Source: Ramazzottius varieornatus | Taxonomy: Eukaryota > Animalia > Tardigrada | Assembly (NCBI GenBank): GCA_001949185.1 | Contig: BDGG01000026.1 | Location: 1 to 64,000, forward strand | DNA: 64,000 bases | Direction of reading: 5' to 3' | Shown here: positions 1-11,833 of the stretch, in pieces | How positions within the stretch are numbered: position 1 is the stretch's first letter | How the letters are laid out: the number at the start of each line of letters is the position of its first letter | Notes under the pieces: generated by a model | Seen by the model: the letters and a program-made list of their open reading frames with translations, nothing else | The model's database searches: none | What the model was told of the DNA's origin: nothing | Made by a program: the position numbers and the translations under genes

Positions 1-1058
1 CTTGTCTTCGGTAGCGGTGCGCAAGTGGACAAAGTATTCTGGAAAGATAAAATCTAAGGTCCAGTTGGACAACGAGAAAAATTTCTTGTACACGTGTATT
101 TGCCTAGTACACAGCAAGGCCAGTCCTTCTCCAAGTTCCCCTACCGTCGCTATAACGGATCGGCGAGCGTCCTCACCACCAACGATCACATCGTCACACC
201 CGGAAGTTAAACTCAAGTGGGACGTCGGCAAAGGACTTGAGCCACATCGTTTCCCCAAGAGGCGCGCAGTACCAGCAAAGAAAACAGTGGGAGCGTGTGC
301 CACTTGAGATAGCAAACTTGTTCAGTTCATTCCGACGTTTCAGTTCTTTTTTCTGCAAAGTCATCATGCGCTATTTTCTAGCTATTTGCCCGACCTTAAA
401 TTCCGCGGTTAGGTTTTTGTTACCAGTGATATGAGTTTTTTGCCATGCGCCAAGTTGAAGGTGTTTACTCATGACAGTGGGGTTCTGGCAAGATGATGCA
501 TGGTGCGCCAGTGTAGCGCCACCTCTGGGAACTCAGCAGCTCTAGGTGGCGCATACAAAAAGCTCCCACACGGGAAATCTGGTTATTTATCTGAGTTACT
601 ACCATCTTTCAGATTTCTGCAAGATGGTAGTCATCCTTCCATGGTGGATGTTCTCTCGGAGTATAGTTTATTATTAGCGAGATCACCGGTAGCTAGAGTA
701 GCGCCAGTCCCTGTTTTTCCGCCGAAGCTGTGCATAATTTGCCGACGGCCAGTTCATCTTGTTGCATAACTAACTGTAGGGAAGTGCTATGCGCGCGATG
801 ATCCGCGTACTTCTTTGCTATATTGATGTAAGATGGTGCGCAAGACGTTTCAACTATTCAAGGTGGGTACCGCCTTGTCGCATCCACAAAACCTATAAAA
901 TCTGCCAGGATCCTCATGCAACCTGTGACAAGTCCATTTGATGGCCAACTTCCGTCTGCCACGTCAATTCTTTCCTCGCGGCTCGGTTCGACACATTTAT
1001 TTCATCCTCTCTAAAGTCAACCTCTTGGACGACCTTGGCTCAACTGAAATACAGTAGA

Positions 1059-1464
1059 ATGAATATCAGATTTCTCCTGCTTTTTGGCTTGTTCATAGGT
1101 AAGCCTCATCGTTGCCCATCATATTTGTACACTCACCCCCAGCTTCTTCCTTTCTCCTCTAGGCATTCAGTGTATCGATGGCAATAGAGCACAGGAGCCC
1201 GCTGCAGCTTTCTCGACCAGCGATGATTTTGCGCAGGACATGTCAGCGGACAGCGAGTCGAAAGGCAGCGTAACAGCCGAATCTCCTCGGAGTGTGCCGC
1301 GAGACCTGCCAGCTGCCGCCTACCACCGCTACAACCCCGAGCGCTTTACTTCCTTGTACCGAATGCCGGCTCGCTTGACGGCTCGCTCCGCCAACCAACA
1401 ACGCTCCCAACAGCCCACTTGGTACCTGGGCAAACGCAGCCGCGGAAGCTGGCACTTGGGCTAG
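1059..1464 (+). CDS. Putative neuropeptide precursor (~113 aa, 2 exons) yielding C-terminally amidated WxL-amide peptides
   Basis: ATG at 1059. Exon 1 MNIRFLLLFGLFI-G; 64-nt GTAAG..TAG intron 1099-1162; exon 2 continues in frame (IQCIDGNRAQ...) into ORF 1240-1464. Hydrophobic signal peptide; ends QQPTWYL-G-KR-SRGSWHL-G-stop. Confidence 0.75.
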
Positions 1465-2191
1465 ATACACCTACCACATCTCTTCCTCTACATGTAGTAT
1501 TCCCTTTTTCTAGCTCATTACCCAAATGAGTGTTCTGACCATGAGTTTCTTTATCTGGGTGGGACAGAGGTGTGCCGATGGTACTGCTTGTCACTATCAA
1601 AGCCGCAAGGCTCGCTTTCCTCCTGTTCCGAATGTACTTTCTGGCGGCGGCGGAGGCCGCAACTCCCTTATCCCTAAAGCCGCCAAAGTATTTGCCCCTT
1701 TTCCCCCCTGGTCTTCAACCCAAATTTTCGTAGACATTTTCCCTTCAATAGCTTACTATGGCTTCACAGCATGTTTCCCTCGTAGCTGGCGACAGCCATA
1801 TCGTTCACCCTAATGGCGCACGCTCCCCATGTAATTGGCTGGAGGCGTGCGCCGCATGAGACGGTAATCTTAACGAGCTCGTGTGTCGATTTCTCCCAGG
1901 TGATATTCTTCCCTTCTCGGCACAAACAATATTCTGTCTCTTTTAAACTGTGGAGCATTTAGAATAAGGCATTGGCGTATGCATACATATCGTCATCAAC
2001 GAAATTAATCCATGCGAAAGGAAGCAAGCTTTGATCAAAGGAAAGATGATTCGGAATCACAGGTAAGGAAAAGGAAGAGGGAGAAAATAATCATAAATGT
2101 ATATCACCAGGTGTTGGTCGCACGTCGGCCTATCCATATTGCAAAATGTCACAGAGTGCAAGGCAAGAAGGAAAATGACTTGAGAGTTTCT

Positions 2192-5100
2192 TCAGTCGTC
2201 AATACGCACGACCTGACCGGCAGTGTTCAAGGCAGCCGTGAAGGTGTCTTGTGAGAAGAAACGGTCCATCATGTCCGACACCTGCGCCGTGGTGAAGGGC
2301 AGGTACTTGTCGTAAAACTTGGTGAAAGGAATGTGCGTGTATCTACAATACGGCCAAAGCCAATTCATCAACCAAATTTGGAAAATATAACCGATCTCAT
2401 AACTGAAAGCTCGTTAAATGAACAAACACGACCAGATCGTCTGTCCAAGTGGCGCACGCTGTCGGTGTTATTGGCAGGCAGGGTGCGCCACTTGGAAAGC
2501 GATCTTGTCCAATTTTTCCAAGTGGCGCACATCCTCACTGTTATCAGCTGGAAGTGTGCGCCACTTGGACAAGCGGTCTTCTCGAGGTGGTTTGCCGAGC
2601 TCCTCTTTGTAAGAATCATTTTCTCACCGTTGTCGATAGGTATCGTAAAGATGAAGAATGTCGTTGCGATTCTGGGTTTTCAGTTCGGCTCGCAGATGAT
2701 GGTCAGGGACGCTGTACTTTTCCTGCTTGACGGCCTGCGAGGTCAGCTCCTTGTTGATGGCCACACAGCGATCTTTGATCATCTGCCGGTCTTTCTCTTT
2801 CAACTACAAACACCATGAAACTTTAAGCACCCACACCTTGACAGATAGCTGGGCTTACATACCTTCTCTTCAAAGTTTGTTTGCTGGGCCACGGAAAGTT
2901 TCAGCGAGACATCGTTGGGAGAGCGCGGTCGAAGAAAGGCCGCCTCGCCGATGGCTTCCGTCAAGAGTTTCGTCAGCGTAGTCCAACTACAACAACAAAA
3001 CAACACACATGCAACAAAATTTTCAAGGAAAGAGAACACAAGAAGGTGGAACACATTCACACTTTGTACGACTCGCTTCAACGTGCGAAACAACTTGCCG
3101 ATTTTCTACGACAACCTCCGTCAGGGCCGTGCCGGGCACGAACCTGTCGCACATTCTCGTTTTAATTCGTAGCAAATTGGCAAATCAGCTGTACAGGGAA
3201 GGCCGTGCTGGGCACGGACCTGTTAGAGCTTTCTGTACAAATTTCGTAGAAGAAAGGCGATCAACGTACCAGTCAACGTAAGCTCGTCGTTGTTCGGCGA
3301 TTCGTCCGCTGATCAAGCGATCAACATCTGGGTTGTCTTCCATCATGATATGAATGATTCCCACCCTGCAAGAAGGGATGTAAAGATTACAACGGTCATG
3401 ATTTATGAGGAGGAGTCGACCTACTGTTTGAGATGGTTATACATGTAGGAGGTGTTGTTGAGGAGGAAGATGGCTTTCAGCGTGGGGTCGTTGTAGTTCT
3501 CTGAGCGAGTCGTCAGACTGGCCAGCAGGTGCGACACCACCGAATCTGAAAGACAAAGGAGAATTAACTTTGACTTCAACCAAACGAACACAGAGCAGCG
3601 ACTCGAAGGACTTACTGAGGTATTTGGGGAAGTTATGGCCCACCGTGGCGGTATTCTGGTTCTGTCCCGCCCGGAAGTTGTGCATCAAACTCTTCCGCTG
3701 ATTTTCCGTCACATCTGCAATACGCAAAACCCGCCTTGAAGTCTGATCTCAAGTACAAGGATGGTAAATAGTTACCTGGTGTAATGACCGAGTCGAACAA
3801 GACACGGTAATCCACTAAATTGGACAGAAAAGCGATCGTCTGCAAAGACATCCCAACACATTTTTCTCCACCAAATTCTCACTGATAACATGGACAGGAA
3901 AGATCATTCTAGAAGAAGGAGAAAAATAATCGGACGAAAGAGGCCTCCCCTACATAGAAGCCCGCCAAACAATCTCGGCAGGATCGTTTTCCCAAGTGGC
4001 GCATGTGTCCGACTGACAAGACAGGAAACATGCAACGCTTGGAGAAACAAACCAACTCGACACGATCGTTTGTCCATGTGGCGCACACTTGCTGCCCAGA
4101 TATCAAGAACGTGCGTCACTAGGTAAAAACCATCATGCCGGGTTTTTTCCCAGCTCCCAAATATTCAGAAAGAGAACATACATTGCTGGTGAGTTCGTGG
4201 ACTGTTCCATCGGGAGGAAGCACTCGGTCCGTGCTGCTCTTGATGTTGGCCAGGAAGCCATCCATAGTCCGTAAAACCTGTAGGAATAAACCGACCGAAA
4301 AATTACTATGATAAGCCCAGATAATTACTCTGGTCCCAGAAAAGAAAACCTACAGCTGAGCGGAAGGTTTGTTCGACGCGAGTCCAGCGGTTTTGCGTCT
4401 CATGGGTGCATCCTTCCAGCGCGGAGGCGAAGAGAGGCTTCAGGTCTTCGAAATGCTCCAGCAGCTGCAGCAGAAGCAGCATAGCCGAGAAGTCGCCGTT
4501 ATTGACGTGCAACAGAATCTTATCCGCTAATTCCTGCAATAAATCAACAAGTCATCCACCTGCACGCACAGACTCCACGCTATCATACGATCAATAAGTA
4601 CGCTGGTACTTAACGCAAAAAACTGCTGTACTAATTACAATCACCATCCTGCATACAAAGACCGAGCGCTTGCAAGAGATAGCCAAGTACGCAGGTACTT
4701 GCCTCTGACAAGTAATTACCTTTCCGGAAGACTCGAAGCGGAGGATGGCAGGCAGGACGATCCGGTCGAAGACGTCGCGCATGTGCTCGTCAGGAATGAT
4801 GCCGTACATCAGTCCGACCTCGCTCTACAACCAGCATGGCACCATCATCGTATAATACAAGAAGAAAGTGGGAAGATTGGGAAACTTACCTCGAGAAGTT
4901 TGAGGAAAGCAGAAACCATGCCCATGTAAGTCTCTACTTCCTGGTAAGTCTCCTCGTCGATGCCCACGCGGGCGCCTGTCGCTTTCTTCATCGCACTGTT
5001 GTTCGTCTTTATCCTTCTGAAAACAAATGAACAACAATCAGAACAAGCATCTTAAGTATTTTCTGACGATTTTATGAACTGTAGCTCGGCAAACAAACTC

Positions 5101-8100
5101 AACTAGACTGTTGTCCAAGTGGCGCACCAAATAAATATTACTGACGGACAAAGTGCGCCACTTGGAAAAGCAATCTTGCGGAGATTATTTGTTGTAAGAA
5201 GTGGCGGAAGCTTCCGGTCTGATTGGATGGAAGCGTGCGCCAAGATTTCCTTTTCTTTGGTCCGAAATTCTTTTCTGGGAATTTGCTCACCGTAGTTTCT
5301 GAAAGAGACTTTGTGTGCCCGTGCCATGCGGCGCATTCTTCTTCCTGGGAGAACTTTTGATAGCTGAGCGTCTTTTGAGGGTGTAAGACTTTGTTGCGCC
5401 GTCTTCGCCGTTGACAGGAGCCATGCTGCTGGCATCGTCGCCCATCTGCGACGCCATCTCGCTGGAGTGCATCGACGAACCGTCGAAGCCCATGGATCGG
5501 CTCATGCTCTTCCTGTCCGGGTCGATCTCGCCAATCCCTAGTCCACTGGAATCTGCGGACTCTTTGTAGAAGGAACGAAACCTGAAACGATCAAGAATAT
5601 CATCCTAAATTCTCACTTGCGCCATAACGAAACAAACCAACAGCTGCGACACGCAGCAGTATACAAATTAGTATACACAGCTGGACAACAATGTACGCAG
5701 GATGACCACCGCTAACAAGCGCACACGTCTGACTCCGCCTACTTGACCAGCCAATACGATGCGGTGCGCGGTTTCTTCCTGACCTTCTCAATTTCAGAAC
5801 AAAGAAACACCTGTCTTGTCTTTTCAAAACAATTCATGAAAAACCTGGTGTCGACAAAGACCTTCATTCAAGGCAAACAAATTTCCAAAATTATTCATCC
5901 AGATCTTAACGACATGGGAATGACAGCAGGACATCCCTCTTCGTCAGCCTTCCTCGAAAGACGGAGGTTTTCCTGAAGTTCGTTGGATTCCTGTTCTGTG
6001 GAAATACGCCAAGATTCCGGAAGAACATTGCTGTCAGGGGATATAGCCAAGACAACTCCATTGGAGCAAATCGTCTCCAGTTCCACGCTGACGTTCCGAA
6101 GCGTAGAAAGACTGGTGGCCATAATTACCCATGTGAGTTCTTTTCCCCACCATTTTCCATTGTTTTCCCCCTAACCTATCACCGCTTTAGCGCGGACAAA
6201 AATTCTTTGCATTGGTGCAAGCCCCAGCTTCTCACAGAAGCGCAATAAACCAAAGAAGGAACACACCAGAGAAAATGGCGAGATTATTTTGTGACTCTCG
6301 ACAAGATGTTTTTCCCAAGTGACTCACCGTTTCCGATACAACAATGAAACTGTGCGCCACTTGGAAAAACAAATCTGGGCACGACTGTTTTCCAAAGTGG
6401 CGCAATCTCTCAGCCGATAACACCAAAAACATGCACCACTTGGAAAAACAAAGGCGAATCTGGACAAATTCACATCGCACATTTTTCTGCTGTTTTTGTA
6501 GGCTCAAAAATCAGCTCAGTGATGCGGTACGTTTTACCGATAGAAGAAAGGTGTGAGTAGGTGTTACTTACTGGTTGAGTGAGTCTTTCATGGCGTCGAG
6601 TCTGAACTTTGCGTAGACGTCCATGAAGTCGAAGTTGTCCTTGGTGCTGACAAACCAGGCTGTGACCATCTTCAGGTCGTTGTAGACGGTCTCAGCAAAG
6701 TGAGCAAAGTCATGGCTGATGCTGGGGTCGTGAAGGTTGTTGACGATGGCGTCTTGGATGATGACAGCTGGCACGGCCTTGCTGTGCATTCGCAGAAGGT
6801 CGCGGAACTCCTTGATGAGGTTCTCGCGACCTGTCCGGTACAGCGACGACTACAGCAAAGTCCAAACATTTAAACAAGCCACCAGCCGCTCTTATTTCTA
6901 CATCATGTAAATTCCCGGAAGTAATCTGATTATGCATTGCATTCCTTTGAAAAAAAACATCGAGAAAAGATATTTGGAAATTATTTGAAATAAAACGTCA
7001 AAAATATTGAAGTCAAAATTTATTGTCCGCCAAAATCCAACTTGTAGAAAATTTATGGTTGAGAATGTTGTTTGCTTTACCACATGCTCGAATTCCGGTG
7101 TGGCCAGATGACATTCGGAGAAGAAATCCAGCGAACTTTTCACGCGCTCCAAAGCTTTGCAGTAGGCCGATAAATTCTTCACCGGGCTATAACCACAGAA
7201 AAATTACCGTCACTAAAATGAACTAAAGCTACCCAGCACAACGGCGAAAACGCATGACTGTAAAATGTTGGCTGACCCAGCTTGAATGACAGCGGAAAGC
7301 TGTTCAGGAACTTGATAGTGGTTGAGGGCTGCTTCGATCGCCACCGTCGCTTTCTCTGCATCTATAACCAGGAGAAAACAAGCTCGAAACTATTTCCATG
7401 AATATCAAGAAGCGAAAGGAATCTTACTGTTTCGGCAGATCTGATGCCAAGAAGATTCATTGTACAGCGGGACGAGGCACTGCTCCAGAAATTGAACTCG
7501 GCGTTTTGATGACTCTGCCAACGTATCCATCTTGACCGCCAGAGAATCCAACGCTTCGAAGCCCTTCTCAAACTTCTTCACTCGCGAGTTCATCTGCAAG
7601 AAAACTCGAAATATTTAGGACTATTTGATCAAAAAGAGAAACAAATTGGGAGCCCGACAAGATCGATTTCTCAAGTGGCGCATGCTTCCAGTGTTATTGC
7701 GTGGAAACCTGCGCCGTTTAGCGATAAACGATCTTGGCGAGCCTATTTAATTTAAGCAGTGGCGCACGGCTGCGGTATGATAGGCTGGAAGCGTGCACCA
7801 CTTGACAGGAACAATTTTGTCGAGAATCCTACCTGTTCCATACGCTGTCTTAAATGGACGTTTCTTTCCGCGATTTCCTCCTCAAACTGACTGGTAAACC
7901 TCTTGGACCTCCTCTCATTGGCCCTTCTGAAGTTCGGGTTGGGCGCACTGACTCTGAGTTCGTCCAGCAGCTCCTGCAGGTCTTCGTCGTCGTCATTCGG
8001 GTCCAGTCCTGCATTCTTGGCGTCCACCGCGTCGCCCTCTTCTTCCATGGCGAACATGGAGGCCTTCTGTTGTCGGAGCTCCTTCTGCTGTAGCTCATAC

Positions 8101-8786
8101 AGCTTCTCTTCGGTCTTGGCTGCATGACTCCAGCGGGAAAGGATGGCTTTGGTCGGGTCGAGCTTGTCATCGGGATTGTCCGCGTCGACGCTGGCACGAA
8201 TGTTCAGTCCGGCTGCTCTCACATTGGCGTTCTTGAAGCCGAAGCGCGCGACGGCGACAGGCAGCCAGTACACTTCGTTGCCCGTACCTTCATCGGCCAA
8301 GGTTCGGAGAGTCTCTTGGAGGGAATGGTGGTCAGTGTGAGCAGCAACGGAAGTTTCGCGGACGATTTGCGGCTGACGAGGTGGAGTAAATTTAGCCTGC
8401 AAGAAAATCGTTCAAACCTATTGGTTATCATCGTGACGTCATGCGCTGTTCCCAACGATGGGCCCTGGAACAGTGCGCAGAATACACTAATCAAGACTCC
8501 GCCCTCAGCCTGCGCACAGCTGTTTTACCTGTGGAGTAAACGGTGTTGTCGTTGTTTTCACTTTTCGGCCTTGTTCGGCGGTGTGGATGGAATCTCCGCT
8601 TTGAACGGATGGTAAAATATGGATGGAAGGCTTCAAGTTGGTCAGACTGGGATGGGTGATCGCGGCGGGGGCAGCAGGAGATTGCTTGGAGCCATCCACC
8701 AACGTGGTCGAGCTGATTCGAGATGGAGAGGATGCATTGGTGATGCTGACGCGCGACGGCCGTGCTGTTGGCTTGGTCGGATCCAT
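2192..8786 (-). CDS. EXOC7: Exocyst component Exo70 (EXOC7)-like, multi-exon, with long N-terminal extension
   Basis: Phase-consistent exons give QFLEQCLVPLY, LYRTGRENLIKEFRDLLRMHSKAV, DFMDVYAKFR, EVETYMGMVSAFLKLLE|SEVGLMYGIIP, LKEKDRQMIKDR and IPFTKFYDKYLPFTTAQVSDMMDRFF. These are collinear with animal Exo70 as I recall it. Stop at 2192-2194. Confidence 0.88.
2407..2602. repeat. Intronic double-hairpin repeat (CAAGTGGCGCAC-N25-GTGCGCCACTTG x2), MITE-like
   Basis: Two palindromic units with 25-nt spacers (2458-2482, 2531-2555), flanked by AGCTCG...TTTGCCGAGCT, in the last Exo70 intron. Confidence 0.85.
3965..4112. repeat. Same palindromic repeat family, degenerate intronic copy
   Basis: CTCGGCAGGATCG..CCCAAGTGGCGCAT and ATGTGGCGCAC..GTGCGTCACT units in an Exo70 intron. 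Confidence 0.7.
5083..5245. repeat. Same palindromic repeat family, intronic copy
   Basis: AGCTCGGCAAA end; CCAAGTGGCGCAC-N25-GTGCGCCACTTGG (spacer 5128-5152); second degenerate unit. Confidence 0.8.
6295..6460. repeat. Same palindromic repeat family, intronic copy
   Basis: Two units with 24- and 25-nt spacers in the ~1-kb Exo70 intron. Confidence 0.8.
7650..7825. repeat. Same palindromic repeat family, intronic copy
   Basis: Two units, both with 25-nt spacers, in Exo70 intron 2. Confidence 0.8.
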
Positions 8787-9759
8787 CCTCGTGTCTGTCG
8801 TCTCACGTCCTGGTCACCAGTGAAACAAGATTCCCTTTCGCACTCCTCATCATCATGGTAGATGAGACTGATTTATCTGTGGAAGAATTTCTTCCAAAGA
8901 AACAGGAATTTGTTTGTATGATTTCTGCACCATTTTGCCACAGAAATTGAATAATACCCTCCAGGGCCTACCAAGTCGCTAGCACATTCGGGCAATTGAG
9001 GGTCAATGGATAGGGATATGGTGTTCAGGGACCAAACATTCGTTCACTATAATAGTCCTCCTCGCGACAGGCCATAAAACTCCGTTGATTGTGTTGATCT
9101 TAAAAGTGGATTACGAAGTTTCGCTATCAATATAAGCAGCCCTCGAGTAGCTTATCTTGAAAGCGAAAACGGATTATTCTCTGCACACTTGACTCAAAAT
9201 TTCATTTCTCAGCTGATCTTTGTCTGCACAGTGCTTCACGTTGCCAGATACCGTTTCACGTATGGGCTTCTTGACATCTATTATGGTCGGGGATATGGAC
9301 AGACAGAGACTAGCCAGAGAGAAAACCATGAATTTCAGCCTAGTCAGGAGACAAAGTTTGCATACAAACCTACCCCGCAAAACTCGCACATTGCCGCTGG
9401 CGTTTCCGAGACCTTCGAAAAACGCAATTTTGCCTCACTCACGACTAATTTCCGTTGATCAAGCAAGCTCAAATTTCAAATCAACCGTTTACGACATAAA
9501 CAGCTCGTCGGAGGACTAATGTCCACATTACAGCTACTGTAGACCACAGCGAACGTGTAAACTGGGTGTAACTCCTACGGCACAGTGCCACAAAGGAATG
9601 AATGGACGTGGTAGCCAACACTCGAGTGCATGGGTGGCGCCGCAGTAGAATCTTCAGACCAGCACCTGACCGTAAACTTGACAGGTGGGCAAGTGGTTCC
9701 TTATAACAGCCGTTGTTTTGATTACTTTATCGAAGTCACAAGACCGTAGTGCGCTTGAC

Positions 9760-10579
9760 CAGTGGATACTTTAGGGTGACGTCAAAGTTGCCCGGCTAGG
9801 CGCGGCGGTGTCCGCGGCTCTGATTGGCTGTGTCTGAACACTAACTACCCAGTTGATCGGTTCATCTTGGTGGTCAATCTAAGGTTGTAAATTCCCAATT
9901 CCATTCCTTTCCAAATTCTGTTCCATTCCTGGAATTCCGTTCCGAAGAGTAGCCGTTTGGAACGGTGGAATTCCCGTTTGGAAAACTAGCAAAAGCCGAA
10001 GAAAATTTAGGAATTCCACGAGGTAAACAGTTGAAGATCCAGCAGATCCTGTCGAAAACCTGAACCCGATGCTGGCTCACACATGCGTACCACTGAGGCT
10101 AATTGTTCGTTCATTTGAACGACCAAAAGCATTTTCGATCCGTCGCACTAAAGTATGCGGCGCATTCAACTGTGCGTAAGTCCTTGATTTTCCCTTGAAC
10201 TTTCAGGTCCGACAAGACCGAAAGTTCGGATCGGCCAATCTCCAGCTGGCTTTCAGTCTCAAAACCAATATTTGTTGATGACTTCAGATCATGTTTGTTG
10301 TTTTAGATGGGTATGTAAAATGAACTAAGCTGGGAAATGGCACTTTGTGATTCCAGATTTTTGCAAGGACCTTCTGGAGAAAAAAATAGAAATATAGGAA
10401 TATTAGGAATTTCTTTCCAATTTTCCATTCCAAGGGTATTCGGCCTGGAATTTACAACCTTAGGTCAGTCAACTTGATTCATTAGCCGTAGTAGTTAGTG
10501 TTCAGATTTACCCAATCAGAGCCGCGGACACCGCTACGCCTAGTCGGATACCTTTGACGTCACCCTATAGGATCCACTG
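9760..10579. mobile_element. hAT-type MITE (outer of a nested pair)
   Basis: Long imperfect TIRs CAGTGGAT..TAGGGTGACGTCAAAG / CTTTGACGTCACCCTA..ATCCACTG; 8-bp TSD CGCTTGAC / CGCTCGAC. Confidence 0.8.
9880..10462. mobile_element. hAT-type MITE nested in the previous one
   Basis: TIR TAAGGTTGTAAATTCC / GGAATTTACAACCTTA; 8-bp TSD GGTCAATC / GGTCAGTC; GGAATTCC subterminal repeats. Confidence 0.8.
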
Positions 10580-10604
10580 CGCTCGACAGCGATTAGCAGC
10601 TGAG

Positions 10605-10837
10605 CAGTGTTATTTCACTATGCAATTAAAATTATTTAAAGTCGGGTGCTAATGTTAAGTCTACGTGATCAGCTGACTGCAAGCAAAATCAATTATCGCT
10701 GACGAATTTCAATTATTAAAATTAATAATCGGATTTCCTATCATGGCTCAATCAATCAAGTGAACACCAGCCCGCACAATTAAAACGATTTTTGTTATTA
10801 AAATCGGTTTCCTTTTATAATGATAAAAATAACACTG
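10605..10837. mobile_element. hAT-type MITE
   Basis: TIR CAGTGTTATTT / AAATAACACTG; perfect 8-bp TSD CAGCTGAG (10597-10604, 10838-10845). Confidence 0.85.
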
Positions 10838-10916
10838 CAGCTGAGTGGCCACCTGACGCTGCTACTTCTTACAGCCTAGTGGTGGTCTGAAGATTCTATT
10901 GCGCAGCCACCTATGC

Positions 10917-11389
10917 TGATGATGAGCATCACATTTCACATTCCACTGCATTTTACATTACAATTACACTTTCACACAACATTACAACTGCCGAGAAGTT
11001 GTAATGTACATGCAAAATGTAATTACACGCTTCACAAGCCGAAAATCTGTGGTATGCTTGAGCGTTTTGCCGCGAAAAATCTTAAACCGGTTGATTTACG
11101 TGGGACAATTGTGAGAAAACTTCGTCAATATGGCCATTTTGTAAGCTTATGTCTATTGCAACGCGTATTTTTATCTGTTTCCGCAAAACGATTGCACAGA
11201 ACTATATGTTGTGCAAACGCAGTAGTTGTTGGTCTGACATTTTACTCGCTCCATATCCCTTTTATACGTTATAAACCACCCGGCTTGTAAAATGTAAACT
11301 GGTGTAAAATTTAATTAAAATCTTACGATTACACCATTTTACATTACAATTTATATTTCACGGATCATCTGCGTGTGATGCTCATCTTT
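10917..11389. mobile_element. hAT-type MITE
   Basis: TIR GATGAGCATCACA / TGTGATGCTCATC; flanked by ACCTATGC on both sides; TTACA subterminal repeats. Confidence 0.75.
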
Positions 11390-11397
11390 ACCTATGC

Positions 11398-11833
11398 TAG
11401 AGCACTGGGCCGCAGGTCCAAAAGTACGCTGCAACTGTGCTGCGCACATTACCAGGGCGCTGTACGCTGCTCTGCGCTGCACAACTTTCATGCCCAGTGG
11501 CTAAGCAGCTGTGCTGCAGGTGCACGTTGACCTGGTGCAACTGCGCGGAACGCCGATGTAATGACACGATGTGTTATTCAGTCAGCGAAATCAGTAGTCA
11601 ACCTGGAGAACGTTGCCCTAAAGTACGGCAAGGCCGAGACGGCTGACGTTCGAATGCCCAAAAACTGTAATTTTTGTTAGGTTTCGGTAGGTGCATCTGC
11701 GCGGTAGTCTATGGCTTTCTGCTGTATGCTGTGCTGTGCCGCACAAATTTCGTCACTTCACGCGCTACAGCTGTGCTGCAGCACAGCACAGCTGCAGTGC
11801 AGTACAGCGCATGCGGCCAGATTCCGTGCTCTA
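11398..11833. mobile_element. hAT-type MITE inserted in tandem at the same target
   Basis: TIR TAGAGCAC..GGCCGCA / TGCGGCC..GTGCTCTA; perfect 8-bp TSD ACCTATGC (11390-11397, 11834-11841); GCTG/CAGC subterminal repeats. Confidence 0.82.

Noticed and set aside
2-307. 101-aa ORF at the window start
   Set aside because: No recognisable domain, and its 3' end runs through a copy of the palindromic repeat. A terminal exon cannot be excluded but is unsupported.
2407-2602. CRISPR-like or attC-like reading of the repeat-spacer pattern
   Set aside because: Eukaryotic context, no cas or integrase genes, only 1-3 units per locus, and the spacers derive from one consensus rather than being unique acquisitions.
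2333-2818. ORFs with recurring SKWRT / VRHL / CATW / SGA motifs throughout the window
   Set aside because: These are translations of the non-coding palindromic repeat, not a protein family.
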